From NCBI GenBank assembly GCA_038322745.1, contig JBBQGF010000001.1, forward strand, positions 19,258 through 83,257: DNA of 64,000 nt, given 5' to 3'. Position numbers and translations under genes: made by a program. Below the pieces are notes generated by a model, which did not search any database, was not told where the DNA came from, and saw only the letters and a program-made list of their open reading frames with translations. Each line of letters starts with the position of its first letter. Position 1 is the stretch's first letter. Positions 20,670 to 29,987 of the stretch are shown one piece after another. Source of the DNA: Minisyncoccia bacterium. GTDB lineage: Bacteria > Patescibacteriota > Minisyncoccia > Phycocordibacterales > UBA9973.

Positions 20670-22145
20670 ATGTCAAACGGAGAAGTAGTAGTAAGATTTG
20701 AAAAAGTCTTTTTTGAATATGGTCACAATAAACACATCCTCGATGATGTTGATTTTTCTATTCGTCGTGGAATGAAAGTTACTGTTATGGGTCAAAACGG
20801 TGCAGGTAAAAGTACTATATTTGGATTAATTACAGGAGCACTGGCTCCTGAGGAAGGAACTATAAATCTTGCTCAACGTACAACAATTGCACTTTCTCGC
20901 CAAGTTATACCTCGTCCAGAATTAGATTTAACCGTTCGTGAATTCTTTCAGAAATGTTTTAAGGATAAAGTCTATGATATTGACCCTAGAATTGATAATG
21001 TTCTTGAAATCGTAAATCTTAAAGGTCATTTAAAAGTTCATGAACGAATAGTCAAAAGTTTTTCTGGTGGACAACAAGCGAGATTATTACTTGCTTCAGC
21101 ACTCATCCAGGAGCCAGATATTCTTCTCCTTGATGAACCTACAAATAATTTAGACAAATCTGGTATCGCACATCTTACTGATTTCTTAATTAAATACAAA
21201 AAAACAGTTATTGTTATTTCTCACGATGCACAATTTTTAAATGCATTTACAGACGCAGTTTTATATCTTGATATCTATACCAGAAAAATAGAACAGTATG
21301 TTGGTAATTATACTAATGTACGTGATCAAATAGCAGCTAGAATGGAACGTGAAAATCGTAAAAATGCACTTATTGAAAAAGAAATATTAGCAAAAAAAGA
21401 ACAAGCAAATGCTTTTGCAATGAAAGGAGGGAATCTCCGTGCTGTTGCAAAGAGGATGCGTGATTTAGCAGCAGAACTCGAAGAGGATAAAGTAGATGTT
21501 AGAAAAGAGGATAAAACTATTAAAAATTTTACTATTCCTTATCAAGAAGATATGACAGGGGATATATTAACACTGACATCTGTTTCTATTTTAAAAAAAC
21601 ATACACCCGTAATAAGGAAAGTAAATATTAAACTTAGAAGAAATAAACACGTACTTCTATCTGGACCAAATGGTATTGGAAAAAGTACACTTCTCGAATC
21701 TCTTGCAAATGGAAGAGCTCCAGGTGGAGTTATAGGAGAAGGTGTACGGGTGGGGTATTATCGCCAAGATTTCTCTACACTTGATTTTAATCAAACTGTT
21801 TTTGAATCACTTGCTGATGTTATGCGTAGTGTAAATGGGAGAGTTGAAGAAGAAAAAATTCGTGCTATTGCTGCTGGATTCCTAATAACTGGTGATATGG
21901 TTCATACTCGCATTGGAAGTCTATCAGAAGGTCAAAAAGGTCTTGTGGCCTTTGCTAGACTAGTAGTAGAACGTCCAGGACTATTAATCCTCGATGAACC
22001 TACAAACCATATAAATTTCCGTCATCTACCTATCATTGCAAAAGCACTTGACCAGTATCAAGGGGCAATGATTTTAGTATCTCACGTTCCAGAATTTATT
22101 GAGCAAATTAGGATAGACGAAATTCTTGATTTAGATATGAAATAA
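20670..22145 (+). CDS. ABC-F family ATPase (two tandem ABC domains, no TMD)
   Basis: Walker A GQNGAGKST and GPNGIGKST, signatures LSGGQQARLLLA and LSEGQKGLVAFA, with an inter-domain linker. Confidence 0.85.
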   Translation: MSNGEVVVRFEKVFFEYGHNKHILDDVDFSIRRGMKVTVMGQNGAGKSTIFGLITGALAPEEGTINLAQRTTIALSRQVIPRPELDLTVREFFQKCFKDKVYDIDPRIDNVLEIVNLKGHLKVHERIVKSFSGGQQARLLLASALIQEPDILLLDEPTNNLDKSGIAHLTDFLIKYKKTVIVISHDAQFLNAFTDAVLYLDIYTRKIEQYVGNYTNVRDQIAARMERENRKNALIEKEILAKKEQANAFAMKGGNLRAVAKRMRDLAAELEEDKVDVRKEDKTIKNFTIPYQEDMTGDILTLTSVSILKKHTPVIRKVNIKLRRNKHVLLSGPNGIGKSTLLESLANGRAPGGVIGEGVRVGYYRQDFSTLDFNQTVFESLADVMRSVNGRVEEEKIRAIAAGFLITGDMVHTRIGSLSEGQKGLVAFARLVVERPGLLILDEPTNHINFRHLPIIAKALDQYQGAMILVSHVPEFIEQIRIDEILDLDMK

Positions 22146-22154
22146 ATTGATTTT

Positions 22155-22191
22155 AAACAAACTAATACTTCATTGTATTAGTTTGTTTTTT
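22155..22191 (+). terminator. rho-independent terminator
   Basis: aaacaaactaatac / gtattagtttgttt 14-bp stem plus T-run. Confidence 0.8.
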
Positions 22192-22224
22192 ATGGTTAAA
22201 TAAAATAAATCAAAACGTTATAAA

Positions 22225-22608
22225 ATGGCAAGAAAAAACAAGTCGTATCAAAGGAGACCTCATCACAGAAGAGCTAAATCTCTAAACGGGTCTAAATCGG
22301 TTGCGAATATTTCTTATGTTCTTCAAAATCTTCATGTTCTATGGCATGTTTTGTTCGGTAATATGAATGCTGAACAAATATGTAATGAAATCAACATGTC
22401 CGAGTGGAAACCAAAAGGGGTAACAGTCGTGTGTAGATTTATAAATGGGAGCAGAGTAATGTTATGTGGAGCTTATGCCTCTGAAAATAAAGGCAAAAGA
22501 AACTATGCGTGGTCAACCTTGTTTAGAGGAATGTATTTTGAAGAGGCAATCGATTTTATAAATAGTACTTGGCTTGATCCAAGCTACCATTTATACATTA
22601 TTGATTAA
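22225..22608 (+). CDS. hypothetical protein (basic Arg/His-rich N-terminus)
   Basis: Monocistronic, flanked by terminators, locally elevated GC. No recognisable motif. Confidence 0.5.
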   Translation: MARKNKSYQRRPHHRRAKSLNGSKSVANISYVLQNLHVLWHVLFGNMNAEQICNEINMSEWKPKGVTVVCRFINGSRVMLCGAYASENKGKRNYAWSTLFRGMYFEEAIDFINSTWLDPSYHLYIID

Positions 22609-22708
22609 AACAATTTTTTAACTCATTAAAAAGGAAACTCTTTAATGAGTTTTCTTTCGCTTAATTATTATGTTTACCTATTTATAAACAAAGAGTTATA
22701 ATATATCT

Positions 22709-23143
22709 ATGATTAAAGAAAACACAAAAGCATTAGATTTCACATTATTAGATCAAGATAAAAAAGAGGTTAAATTATCAGATTATACAAATGATAATAT
22801 TTTATTATATTTCTACCCCAAAGATGATACCCCTGGGTGCACAAAAGAGGCTTGTATGATTACTGAAGTTTATGATAATTTTAAAAAAAATAATATTACT
22901 GTTTTAGGAGTTTCATCAGATTCACCTGAGAGTCATACTAAATTTCGTTTAAAATATAATTTACCCTTTACATTATTATCAGATCCTGAAAAAAAAGTTA
23001 TTAAAGCATATGAAGCACAAGGCCCACTTGGTTTTACAAAAAGAATTTCATATTTAATTAAGAAAGGAATAATTATAAAAACATATCCAAAAGTTGATCC
23101 AGCGAATCATGCACTGCAAATATTAAAAGATATAAGTATATAA
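22709..23143 (+). CDS. bcp: thiol peroxidase, Bcp-type peroxiredoxin
   Basis: [15 protein letters not shown] peroxidatic-Cys motif. Confidence 0.85.
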   Translation: MIKENTKALDFTLLDQDKKEVKLSDYTNDNILLYFYPKDDTPGCTKEACMITEVYDNFKKNNITVLGVSSDSPESHTKFRLKYNLPFTLLSDPEKKVIKAYEAQGPLGFTKRISYLIKKGIIIKTYPKVDPANHALQILKDISI

Positions 23144-23147
23144 ATAT

Positions 23148-23546
23148 ATGAATACATCAACAACTTGGTACAAAGAACTCATAAAACCATCTTGGGCTCC
23201 ACCATCATGGCTATTTGGTCCTGTATGGACAATATTATATATAATAATATTTATAAGTTTTGGTTTAGTTTTTCAAAAAATATTTACTAAACAAATTCCA
23301 CTTATAATAGCATTACCTTTTGTATTAAATTTAATATTTAATCTTTCATTTACTTATTTTCAATTTGTACTTAAAAGTAATACCCTAGCAGCAATTGATA
23401 TATTATTAACTCTGGCTTCTCTTATTTGGGCAATGGTATTGATTTGGCCTTATATTAGATATGTTGTTTATCTAAATATTCCATATCTTATTTGGGTTAT
23501 ATTTGCTACTATTTTACAACTTACAATTACTTATAAAAATTGGTAA
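23148..23546 (+). CDS. tspO: TspO/MBR family tryptophan-rich membrane protein (short)
   Basis: [26 protein letters not shown]-terminal TspO signature, multi-TM. Confidence 0.7.
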   Translation: MNTSTTWYKELIKPSWAPPSWLFGPVWTILYIIIFISFGLVFQKIFTKQIPLIIALPFVLNLIFNLSFTYFQFVLKSNTLAAIDILLTLASLIWAMVLIWPYIRYVVYLNIPYLIWVIFATILQLTITYKNW

Positions 23547-23611
23547 AAAAAATAGCCTACTAATTATTTAGTGAGCTATTTCATAGATTAAAATATTTTT
23601 TATGTTTTAAT

Positions 23612-23995
23612 CTAAATTGCAGAATAACGCTTACTCCATTCGTATTTATAACAAGGTATAAAAAATAATTTATTACCTGCTTTAATCTCATTTTCAATTT
23701 GCTTAAATAAATCTAATGAGACTTTTATACAGATTGGCTTAATAAATTCAGTTGTCCGCACTTCTATCAAATACAAATCATCTGGTATCGATATCATATT
23801 ATATCCAATGTTAGTATTACCATCGGGTTGAAGTGCTGATAAATACAATCCCGATTTTTTTTCGATACTGATAATTTGACCAGCAACAGTTACTTTCTTT
23901 GGAACGAAAATGTACAAAAATATCCATAAAAATCCATCCCAAAAAATGTAAAGAATTACTATCCCAATTAATGGGGCAATGATGTATTTTTCCAT
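23612..23995 (-). CDS. hypothetical membrane protein
   Basis: N-terminal TM pair then a beta-rich domain. Confidence 0.45.
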   Translation of the reverse strand: MEKYIIAPLIGIVILYIFWDGFLWIFLYIFVPKKVTVAGQIISIEKKSGLYLSALQPDGNTNIGYNMISIPDDLYLIEVRTTEFIKPICIKVSLDLFKQIENEIKAGNKLFFIPCYKYEWSKRYSAI

Positions 23996-24105
23996 AACAC
24001 TCGGTTTTAAAAGGTTAAATTTCCTTATTTATAATACTTTAATACTAATTCGTCAAGTATTAAAATTGGGTGGAAAAAAGAGCAGATTAAAAAATCCGCT
24101 CTTTA

Positions 24106-24780
24106 TCATTTGTCTAATTCAAGGATTGCATCCCTGACTTCTTTTTTGATTATTTCTAAATCATCTAAATTTGAAAATTTAATTTCAGGTCCAATAACCA
24201 TTTTACCACGATGACCTCCATATATTTTATTAAAATGAAAGCCAGACGATATGGGCATGATAGGACTGATATCTTTTAAAAAAATTGGTATGACAATAGG
24301 TTTAGCTATTTGAATAGTTTTAGCAACTCCATATTTACATTCACCTATTTCTTGATCTCTCATTCTTGTTCCTGCAAAGAATAACAATAAATTATTTTTC
24401 TTTTCTAAAAGAGAACAAAAACGTGATATATCAGTATCAATCATTTTAAAAGAGCTGACTTTGCGATGAGCTGGAATGCATTTAGATAAATACATTATTT
24501 GCCTACTTATAGGATTCTTGAAAAAGTTCATATAATCAGGCGCATTGTAAGGAATCTGACGATATTTGAAAAATATATCCCAAAAGGATGATACTCCAAT
24601 TCCTATCAGTAGAGAATCTATCAATGTTTGATGATTAGAAACATACAATATTGCGTTTTCTTTGTTTGGACGTTTACCTTCAATCTTTATTTTGTTACGT
24701 ATTTTAAATATGTAAACAGAAATAAAATAAAGTAAAGTCATCCAAATCCGTCCAAAAGTAGTACCAAATAAGGTTTTCAT
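24106..24780 (-). CDS. plsC: 1-acyl-sn-glycerol-3-phosphate acyltransferase-like (PlsC family)
   Basis: NHQTLIDS (HX4D) and FAGTR motifs. Confidence 0.7.
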   Translation of the reverse strand: MKTLFGTTFGRIWMTLLYFISVYIFKIRNKIKIEGKRPNKENAILYVSNHQTLIDSLLIGIGVSSFWDIFFKYRQIPYNAPDYMNFFKNPISRQIMYLSKCIPAHRKVSSFKMIDTDISRFCSLLEKKNNLLLFFAGTRMRDQEIGECKYGVAKTIQIAKPIVIPIFLKDISPIMPISSGFHFNKIYGGHRGKMVIGPEIKFSNLDDLEIIKKEVRDAILELDK

Positions 24781-24970
24781 ATTCTATTTTTTTAAGATTT
24801 CATTAAAATTATATACTTATCAATATAAATGTAAACAGTAAAAAAATATTATGATATAATTAAAAAATGGATCCCGTTAGAGATATGCTTTTGTATTCTA
24901 ATGAGATACTAAAATAAATTATTTATTTTATATTAATAATAAGATTTAATCAGATACGTCAAACCTTTGG

Positions 24971-25531
24971 GTGACTATCTCTAGCGGAATGGATATTCTT
25001 GCACATATGCTCTGGGCTAATTATGGTTCTAGACCAATAAATAAAAAAAGAGTAAAGAAAAGTTTGAGTAAAATTAATGTTGCTTGGATAATGTTTTGGA
25101 GTGTATTTCCTGATTTATTTGCTTTTGGAATTCCTACTGTCTTAGCTGTAATAGTGAGTATTACATCTAATAATTTTTCTTTTAAATCTCTTCTTTCACA
25201 TCATGGAACACCAAATCCATTAATCATGGACTTACCAGCATATCTATATCAGTTCAGCCACAGTTTTATTATCTGGATTTTAATTTTTATACTTGTGTGG
25301 GTAATATCAAAAAAACCTCAATTTGTATTATTTGGATGGGCTTTACATATATTTCTTGACATATTTTCACATTCAATTCAATTTTATCCAACACCATTTC
25401 TATTTCCAATTTCTAATTATCATTTTATTTATGGAATTAGATGGAGCGATCCATATTTTGTAACTGTAAATTATACATTAATTGCAATTTTTGCTATTTA
25501 TTTTTATCTTACAAGAAATAAAAAAAATTAA
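24971..25531 (+). CDS. YdjM/DUF457-like membrane-bound metal-dependent hydrolase (tentative)
   Basis: Multi-TM with His clusters (HMLWA, FPDLF, HIFLDIFSHS). Confidence 0.4.
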   Translation: MTISSGMDILAHMLWANYGSRPINKKRVKKSLSKINVAWIMFWSVFPDLFAFGIPTVLAVIVSITSNNFSFKSLLSHHGTPNPLIMDLPAYLYQFSHSFIIWILIFILVWVISKKPQFVLFGWALHIFLDIFSHSIQFYPTPFLFPISNYHFIYGIRWSDPYFVTVNYTLIAIFAIYFYLTRNKKN

Positions 25532-25536
25532 TTATA

Positions 25537-26259
25537 ATGTCATTCCAAGTATTATTAAAAGAATTGAAAAACAAAGAACAACCATTAAGAGCTAAAATAC
25601 TCTCTAGATTTTTCAAAACAGGTAAGGGTGAATATGGGGAAGGGGATTTTTTTCTTGGGATTACAGTACCAGAAATTAGAAAGATAGCAAAAAAATATGT
25701 TTTATTATCTTTTGTTGATGTTGAAAAATTATTAAATAATAAATATCATGAAGCAAGATTAGTTGCTATTTTGATATTAGTTGATAAATTTAGAACTGCA
25801 GATATAAAACAAGACACAAAAAGTAAAAAAGAAATATATGATTTTTATTTAAATAATACAAATAAAATAAACAATTGGGATTTAGTAGATTTATCAGCTA
25901 GTTATATAGTAGGAAATTATTTATTTGATAAAAAAAATTCAGAAAAGAAAATACTAGAAAAACTTGCAAAATCAAATAATCTCTGGGAACGAAGAATTTC
26001 TATTATATCTACATTTGCATTTATATATAAAGGGGAGTATGAAAATACATTTAAAATAGTAAAAATACTTATGAATGATAAACATGACCTTATCCATAAA
26101 GCTTGTGGATGGATGCTTCGAGAAGTAGGAAAAAGAATAAGTGAAGTACCTTTATTGAGATTCTTAGATGAGTATAGTTCACAAATGCCACGCACCATGC
26201 TTCGTTATTCCATAGAGAGGTTACCAGATAATACAAGGAAATATTACCTTAAAAAGTAG
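25537..26259 (+). CDS. DNA alkylation repair protein (AlkC/AlkD HEAT-like family)
   Basis: FFKTGKGEYGEGDFFLGITVPEIRKIAKKY is the conserved family block. Confidence 0.65.
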   Translation: MSFQVLLKELKNKEQPLRAKILSRFFKTGKGEYGEGDFFLGITVPEIRKIAKKYVLLSFVDVEKLLNNKYHEARLVAILILVDKFRTADIKQDTKSKKEIYDFYLNNTNKINNWDLVDLSASYIVGNYLFDKKNSEKKILEKLAKSNNLWERRISIISTFAFIYKGEYENTFKIVKILMNDKHDLIHKACGWMLREVGKRISEVPLLRFLDEYSSQMPRTMLRYSIERLPDNTRKYYLKK

Positions 26260-26286
26260 GTATTTGAGTTATCCACAGTTATTTAC

Positions 26287-26315
26287 TTGACTGTGAACGA
26301 TCGTTCACATATAAT
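26287..26315 (+). promoter_or_regulatory. consensus sigma70 promoter TTGACT-N17-TATAAT with LexA/Cheo box GAACgatcGTTC (26296..26307) in the spacer
   Basis: Read directly from sequence. Sits upstream of the small-ORF-lexA operon. Confidence 0.7.
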
Positions 26316-26352
26316 AATAATATAGTTAATTATCAATAATTATTTATAATAT

Positions 26353-26565
26353 ATGAGTAGAGAACAATATTTAAAATTAATAAGAATCGAGATTCATAAT
26401 GTCAATAAAAAGATTGATATTAAAATTCTTCAAGGCCAAGAATATACCAAGGAAGCACGTGAACATAAACAACTTCTTCATAAAATTCGTCAGCATTCAA
26501 GAAAGAGTTTTTTAGGTAATATATTTAATCTACTTAATAATATTCCTCAACTTTCAAATCTTTAA
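26353..26565 (+). CDS. hypothetical 70-aa protein, first gene of lexA operon
   Basis: ORF 14 nt upstream of lexA, downstream of the LexA-box promoter. Confidence 0.5.
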   Translation: MSREQYLKLIRIEIHNVNKKIDIKILQGQEYTKEAREHKQLLHKIRQHSRKSFLGNIFNLLNNIPQLSNL

Positions 26566-26579
26566 TATAACATTACAAT

Positions 26580-27146
26580 ATGTATAATAATTACAAAACA
26601 AAACTAATAGCATTTCATGGTAGAGAAAAACGCATGCCTACTTATACTGAGATGATGAATCTATTTGGTTTTAAGTCCAAGAACGCAGTTGCTCGACTTG
26701 TTGATAAATTCATAGAAGAAGGAATTGTCATCAAAGACCATTTAGGTCGTCTAATAGCTGATTCATCATTCAATTCTATTCCATTACTTGGCTCAGTGAA
26801 GGCTGGTTTTCCTGCAGATGTAGCAGAGGAATTGCATGATACTATTAATATTGATGAATACTTAATCGCTAGAAAAGAAAATTCCTACATGCTTACTGTT
26901 GATGGAGACTCTATGATAGATGCACATATTACTAATGGAGATATGGTACTAGTAGAGAAAACAAATATAGCAAAAGATGGACAAATAGTCATAGCAGATA
27001 TTGATGGAGAATTTACAATGAAGTATTTCAAAAAGAAAGGAGACAAAGTGTGGTTAGAACCAGCGAATAAAGATTTCAAACCAATATATCCTGTTAATTA
27101 TTTAAATATTACTGCAGTTGTAAAAGCTGTAATACGCAAATATTAA
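26580..27146 (+). CDS. lexA: LexA repressor (S24 peptidase)
   Basis: Ala-Gly cleavage site (VKAGFP), Ser in VDGDSM, Lys in TMKYFKK, N-terminal winged HTH. Confidence 0.9.
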   Translation: MYNNYKTKLIAFHGREKRMPTYTEMMNLFGFKSKNAVARLVDKFIEEGIVIKDHLGRLIADSSFNSIPLLGSVKAGFPADVAEELHDTINIDEYLIARKENSYMLTVDGDSMIDAHITNGDMVLVEKTNIAKDGQIVIADIDGEFTMKYFKKKGDKVWLEPANKDFKPIYPVNYLNITAVVKAVIRKY

Positions 27147-27205
27147 ATAATCAAATAAACTAAAGATAGTAAATTTAGTGCTGTTAAATGCTATAATAGA
27201 AAAAT

Positions 27206-28900
27206 ATGACGCAAGAACAAGCCCTTAAAATCTTAAAAACTGGAGTAAATATATATCTTACTGGTAGTGCAGGTAGTGGAAAAACATATCTATTAAATCA
27301 ATACATTTCTTATCTCCAAGACCACAATATAGCTGTGGCTGTTACTGCTTCAACTGGTATTGCGGCTACACATATGAATGGTATGACTATTCATGGATGG
27401 TCAGGAATTGGTGTCAGAAGCAAAATGGATGAAAGAGACTTAGAACAACTTGAAGAAAAGAAATATCTTTGGACTAGATTTGAAAAAGCACGAGTTCTAA
27501 TCATTGATGAGGTTTCAATGTTACATGGGTTTCAACTCGATATGATTGAAAAGGTTTGTAGAAAATTTAAAAGAGTTGATAAACCTTTTGGCGGATTACA
27601 AGTCATACTCTCTGGCGATTTCTTCCAACTTCCACCAGTAGAAAAAGGAGGTATTGTATCTAGCGGAAAAAGTAATATGGTTTATGCTAGTGATGCATGG
27701 AAAATACTTAATCCTGCAATTTGTTATCTAACGGAACAACACAGACAAGATGATGAAGTCCTTATAGAAATACTTAATAAAATAAGAAATAATAGTATAG
27801 GTGAAAAACATTATGAATTACTTGAAAAAAGAATTAATGCTGAATTAGTAAATAATAAAAAAGCAACAAAACTCTATACTCATAATGTAAATGTTGATCA
27901 TGAAAATTTTGCAGAACTTAATCTAATAAATAGTGAGGAAAAAACCTATCAAATGACATCAAAAGGTCATGATGTTATTGTAGATATTTTAAAAAAAAGT
28001 TGTCTGGCACATGAAGAATTAAGATTAAAAATAGGAGCTGAGGTCATGTGTATTAAAAATAATGCGGAAGGTGGTTATGTGAATGGTTCTAGAGGGAAGG
28101 TTATTGCGTTCGATGATGAAACTCATAATCCAATAGTAGAATTATATAATGGAAAGAAAATAACTATGACTCCTATGCTTTGGGCAATTGAAGAAGATGG
28201 TAAGGTCAAAGCTTCTATAACACAGCTTCCACTCCGTCTTGCTTGGGCTATAACTATTCATAAAAGCCAAGGAATGTCACTTGATAACGCTGAAATAGAC
28301 CTTAGAAGCACTTTTGCGTATGGAATGGGATATGTTGCCCTCTCTCGTGTTCGAACACTCGCAGGGATAAGATTGATTGGATTTAACCCTGAGGCACTTA
28401 GAGTTGACCCAAAAGTTTTAGAGTTTGACCAAGATTTGAAAAATGAAAGTACGCAAAATGAACTTATGTGGAAAAAACTCAAAGCAGATGAGCAACTAAA
28501 ATTAGAGGAGGATTTTATAAGGAAAATGAATGGAACAATCAAGGTTGAAATAAATAAAAATAAAAAAAAGAAAATTGGAGTAATTGATACAAAAATTCCA
28601 ACAATGATAGTAACAAAAGAATTACTTGACAAAGGAAAAAATATTAAAGAAATATCAAAAGAAAGAGATTTAACTGGAGGAACTATTACTCATCATATAG
28701 AAATGATATTAAAGGAGTATCCTGAAACAAATATCTCACATATCAAACCTTCCCAGAAAAATATAGATATTGTAAAGAAAGCAAATAAAAAACTGAAAGG
28801 TGAAGATATTGGTAAATTAAGCCCAATAAAAATAATACTCGAGAAAGAAGGTTATGATTTATCTTTTGAAGATATTAGACTTGCAAGGTTATTCATATGA
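27206..28900 (+). CDS. Pif1/RecD-like SF1 DNA helicase with C-terminal HTH
   Basis: Walker A TGSAGSGKT, Walker B LIIDEVSM, Pif1-family motifs (ILSGDFFQLPPV, ITIHKSQGMSLD), C-terminal HTH-like KEISKERDLTGGTITHHI. Confidence 0.8.
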   Translation: MTQEQALKILKTGVNIYLTGSAGSGKTYLLNQYISYLQDHNIAVAVTASTGIAATHMNGMTIHGWSGIGVRSKMDERDLEQLEEKKYLWTRFEKARVLIIDEVSMLHGFQLDMIEKVCRKFKRVDKPFGGLQVILSGDFFQLPPVEKGGIVSSGKSNMVYASDAWKILNPAICYLTEQHRQDDEVLIEILNKIRNNSIGEKHYELLEKRINAELVNNKKATKLYTHNVNVDHENFAELNLINSEEKTYQMTSKGHDVIVDILKKSCLAHEELRLKIGAEVMCIKNNAEGGYVNGSRGKVIAFDDETHNPIVELYNGKKITMTPMLWAIEEDGKVKASITQLPLRLAWAITIHKSQGMSLDNAEIDLRSTFAYGMGYVALSRVRTLAGIRLIGFNPEALRVDPKVLEFDQDLKNESTQNELMWKKLKADEQLKLEEDFIRKMNGTIKVEINKNKKKKIGVIDTKIPTMIVTKELLDKGKNIKEISKERDLTGGTITHHIEMILKEYPETNISHIKPSQKNIDIVKKANKKLKGEDIGKLSPIKIILEKEGYDLSFEDIRLARLFI

Positions 28901-28946
28901 TTTCTAAATTTATCATTTCTATGATATAAAGTGATAAACATATAAA

Positions 28947-29090
28947 ATGATGAGATGGAAATTTAAATTTAAAAATCCATATCAGATGGAAAAATTTTTC
29001 CTAAATCTGAAGTGGTATGCAGTTAAAACTTTAGTGGGATTAATTACATTGGGGTTAATATCAATAATTTACTTTCTATTTTTAAAATAG
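28947..29090 (+). CDS. putative 47-aa single-TM protein
   Basis: ATG...TAG ORF below the ORF-track size cut-off (MMRWKFKFKNPYQMEKFFLNLKWYAVKTLVGLITLGLISIIYFLFLK), followed by a hairpin at 29093..29127. Confidence 0.3.
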   Translation: MMRWKFKFKNPYQMEKFFLNLKWYAVKTLVGLITLGLISIIYFLFLK

Positions 29091-29141
29091 AAAAAAGCCA
29101 ACCTATTATATGATTGGCTTTTTTATTGGTATAATCAAACT

Positions 29142-29918
29142 ATGAAATACAATATAAAACAAATATCGATACTGATTATAATATTAGTAGTAATAGGGTC
29201 TTTAATATCTTATATTTTACAATCTAAAAATAATACTCCTGTTCCAGAAAAGGGGAATATAGTTGCAACTAATGAATTAGCTGAAGTTATTGCAATTAAA
29301 CCTATAGAGATGTGTTATGACCTTTCTGATAAAACATCTCGCGGATTTTATGATAAAGCACTTATAAAAATGCAAATTACTGGTGATAAGGTAATCGGAG
29401 AATTTAAAGATATACCTTCAGAAAAAGATAGTAAAGTAGGTAAATTTGAAGGTACTGTTGGTTTACTTAATAAGGAAACAATGTCACGACGTGCAAATTT
29501 ATTATGGGATTCTGAAGGAGAAGGTATGAGTGCAAAAGAAGAATTGATTATTGATTTCGGTGATGGTAGTGCAGTTGTTGGATATGGAGAAATGGTTGAT
29601 AATGGAAATAATGTATATGTTTATAAAGATAAAACAAAACTTATTTTTAGTAAAAATATGAGTCAGATTGATTGTGGAACACTAGATGAAAAAGTCTCAG
29701 TTGAAAAATACATAAAAGATAATATTACAACTATCGCTAAAGAAAAAGCAGTTTTAGGTGGTAGCTGGTATGTAATATCAGTTTTTGTTAATCCATCCAA
29801 AAATACAGCAGATGTAATATTTGAAGATGGCCATATTCAAAATAAAGCTCAGATTATTTATACTTACACAAAAGAAGATGGAGTGATAAAAATTGATAAA
29901 GTTACAAAAATTATATAA
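29142..29918 (+). CDS. hypothetical secreted/lipoprotein-like protein
   Basis: N-terminal signal/TM. No motif. Confidence 0.5.
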   Translation: MKYNIKQISILIIILVVIGSLISYILQSKNNTPVPEKGNIVATNELAEVIAIKPIEMCYDLSDKTSRGFYDKALIKMQITGDKVIGEFKDIPSEKDSKVGKFEGTVGLLNKETMSRRANLLWDSEGEGMSAKEELIIDFGDGSAVVGYGEMVDNGNNVYVYKDKTKLIFSKNMSQIDCGTLDEKVSVEKYIKDNITTIAKEKAVLGGSWYVISVFVNPSKNTADVIFEDGHIQNKAQIIYTYTKEDGVIKIDKVTKII

Positions 29919-29987
29919 TAATAATTATTGACATTTGTATTAAATAGTAGTATAATATATATATTATTAATAAGGTGATACAAATTT

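Noticed and set aside
25917-26198. 93-aa minus-strand ORF inside the AlkD-like gene (and similar antisense ORFs at 20236..20487, 26885..27079, 28258..28632, 32270..32635, 32909..33244, 33653..33946, 35147..35785, 37152..37619, 41047..41493, 53019..53627, 54529..54885, 55779..55991, 57687..57932, 62199..62630)
   Set aside because: They are embedded in opposite-strand genes that have clear domain motifs, and they show no motifs or expression signals of their own.
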